A DNA stretch of 64,000 bases, from NCBI GenBank assembly GCA_964291215.2, contig OZ219791.1:352001-416000 (forward strand), given 5' to 3'. Positions 63,623 through 64,000 of this stretch are shown here, piece by piece. Each line of letters begins with the position of its first letter. Positions within the stretch are counted from its first letter, which is position 1. Source of the stretch: Alphaproteobacteria bacterium. Lineage in GTDB: Bacteria > Pseudomonadota > Alphaproteobacteria > MPNO01 > UBA830. The position numbers were made by a program, and so were the translations under genes. Below the pieces are notes generated by a model. That model saw only the letters and a list, made by a program, of their open reading frames with translations, made no database searches and was not told where the DNA came from.

Positions 63623-64000
63623 GGGGTTTGGTGACAATCGGTGGTTGGAGAGCCGGCTTTTGTCACGATCGCACGATGGCGGGGCCGTTGTGCGGGACCG
63701 CTCCGCCCCGCCAGAGGCAGGGTAGGATGCTGTTGCCACATCAACCTCGGGAGCGGTCCCATGCCAGTGTCGCAGCCTGCGCAGTCTTCGTCCATCGATC
63801 TGTCGGGCTTGCCGGCTCGGGTTCTGGAGGCGTTGACGGGATTGGCGACTGTGTGCCGCGCGCCGCTTCCTGCGGAGCCCTGCCCGGCGGCGTTCGAAGA
63901 GATGGAGCGGCGTGTGCAGGCGAAGGTGAACGCGCTGGGCTGCGAGGTTCTGGGGTCGTGGATCGAGCGCCTCGACGACGGGGCTGAGCGGGTCGAGCGG
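63623..64000 (+). mobile_element. Start of a probable ISKra4/UPF0236-type element (transposase from 63761, runs off the window)
   Basis: MPVSQPAQ...FEEMERRVQAKVNALGCEVLGSWIERLDDGAERVER; abrupt GC shift at ~63623. Confidence 0.6.

Overview
High-GC alphaproteobacterial chromosome segment, Rhodospirillales-like by inference from gene order and protein motifs. Bases 1-39420 are mostly intact core genes (mlaD, aat, accC/accB, aroQ, rne, amiC, mrcA, frameshifted prfB, tyrS, guaB/guaA) plus a small catabolic block (acyl-CoA ligase, thioesterase, TRAP transporter, MetE-like protein, hydrolases). From the guaA stop codon onward the window is mostly nested mobile DNA: IS66, IS4, IS630, IS256, IS110 and ISKra4 remnants, a maturase-deleted group II intron inserted antisense in an IS66, a few low-GC orphan genes (UDG-like, DUF429 nuclease-like), and a plasmid leading-region-like gene array (ssb, DUF2493, a five-repeat Zn-ribbon protein) behind an IS66 left end. 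The strongest cross-cutting signal is that nearly every mobile element, and the ppx gene, is eroded by small deletions. Where sibling copies can be aligned, these fall at 2-6 nt microhomologies, while neighbouring core genes are clean. No CRISPR array, rRNA or convincing tRNA was seen. All family calls come from motif recognition by eye; no database search was run.
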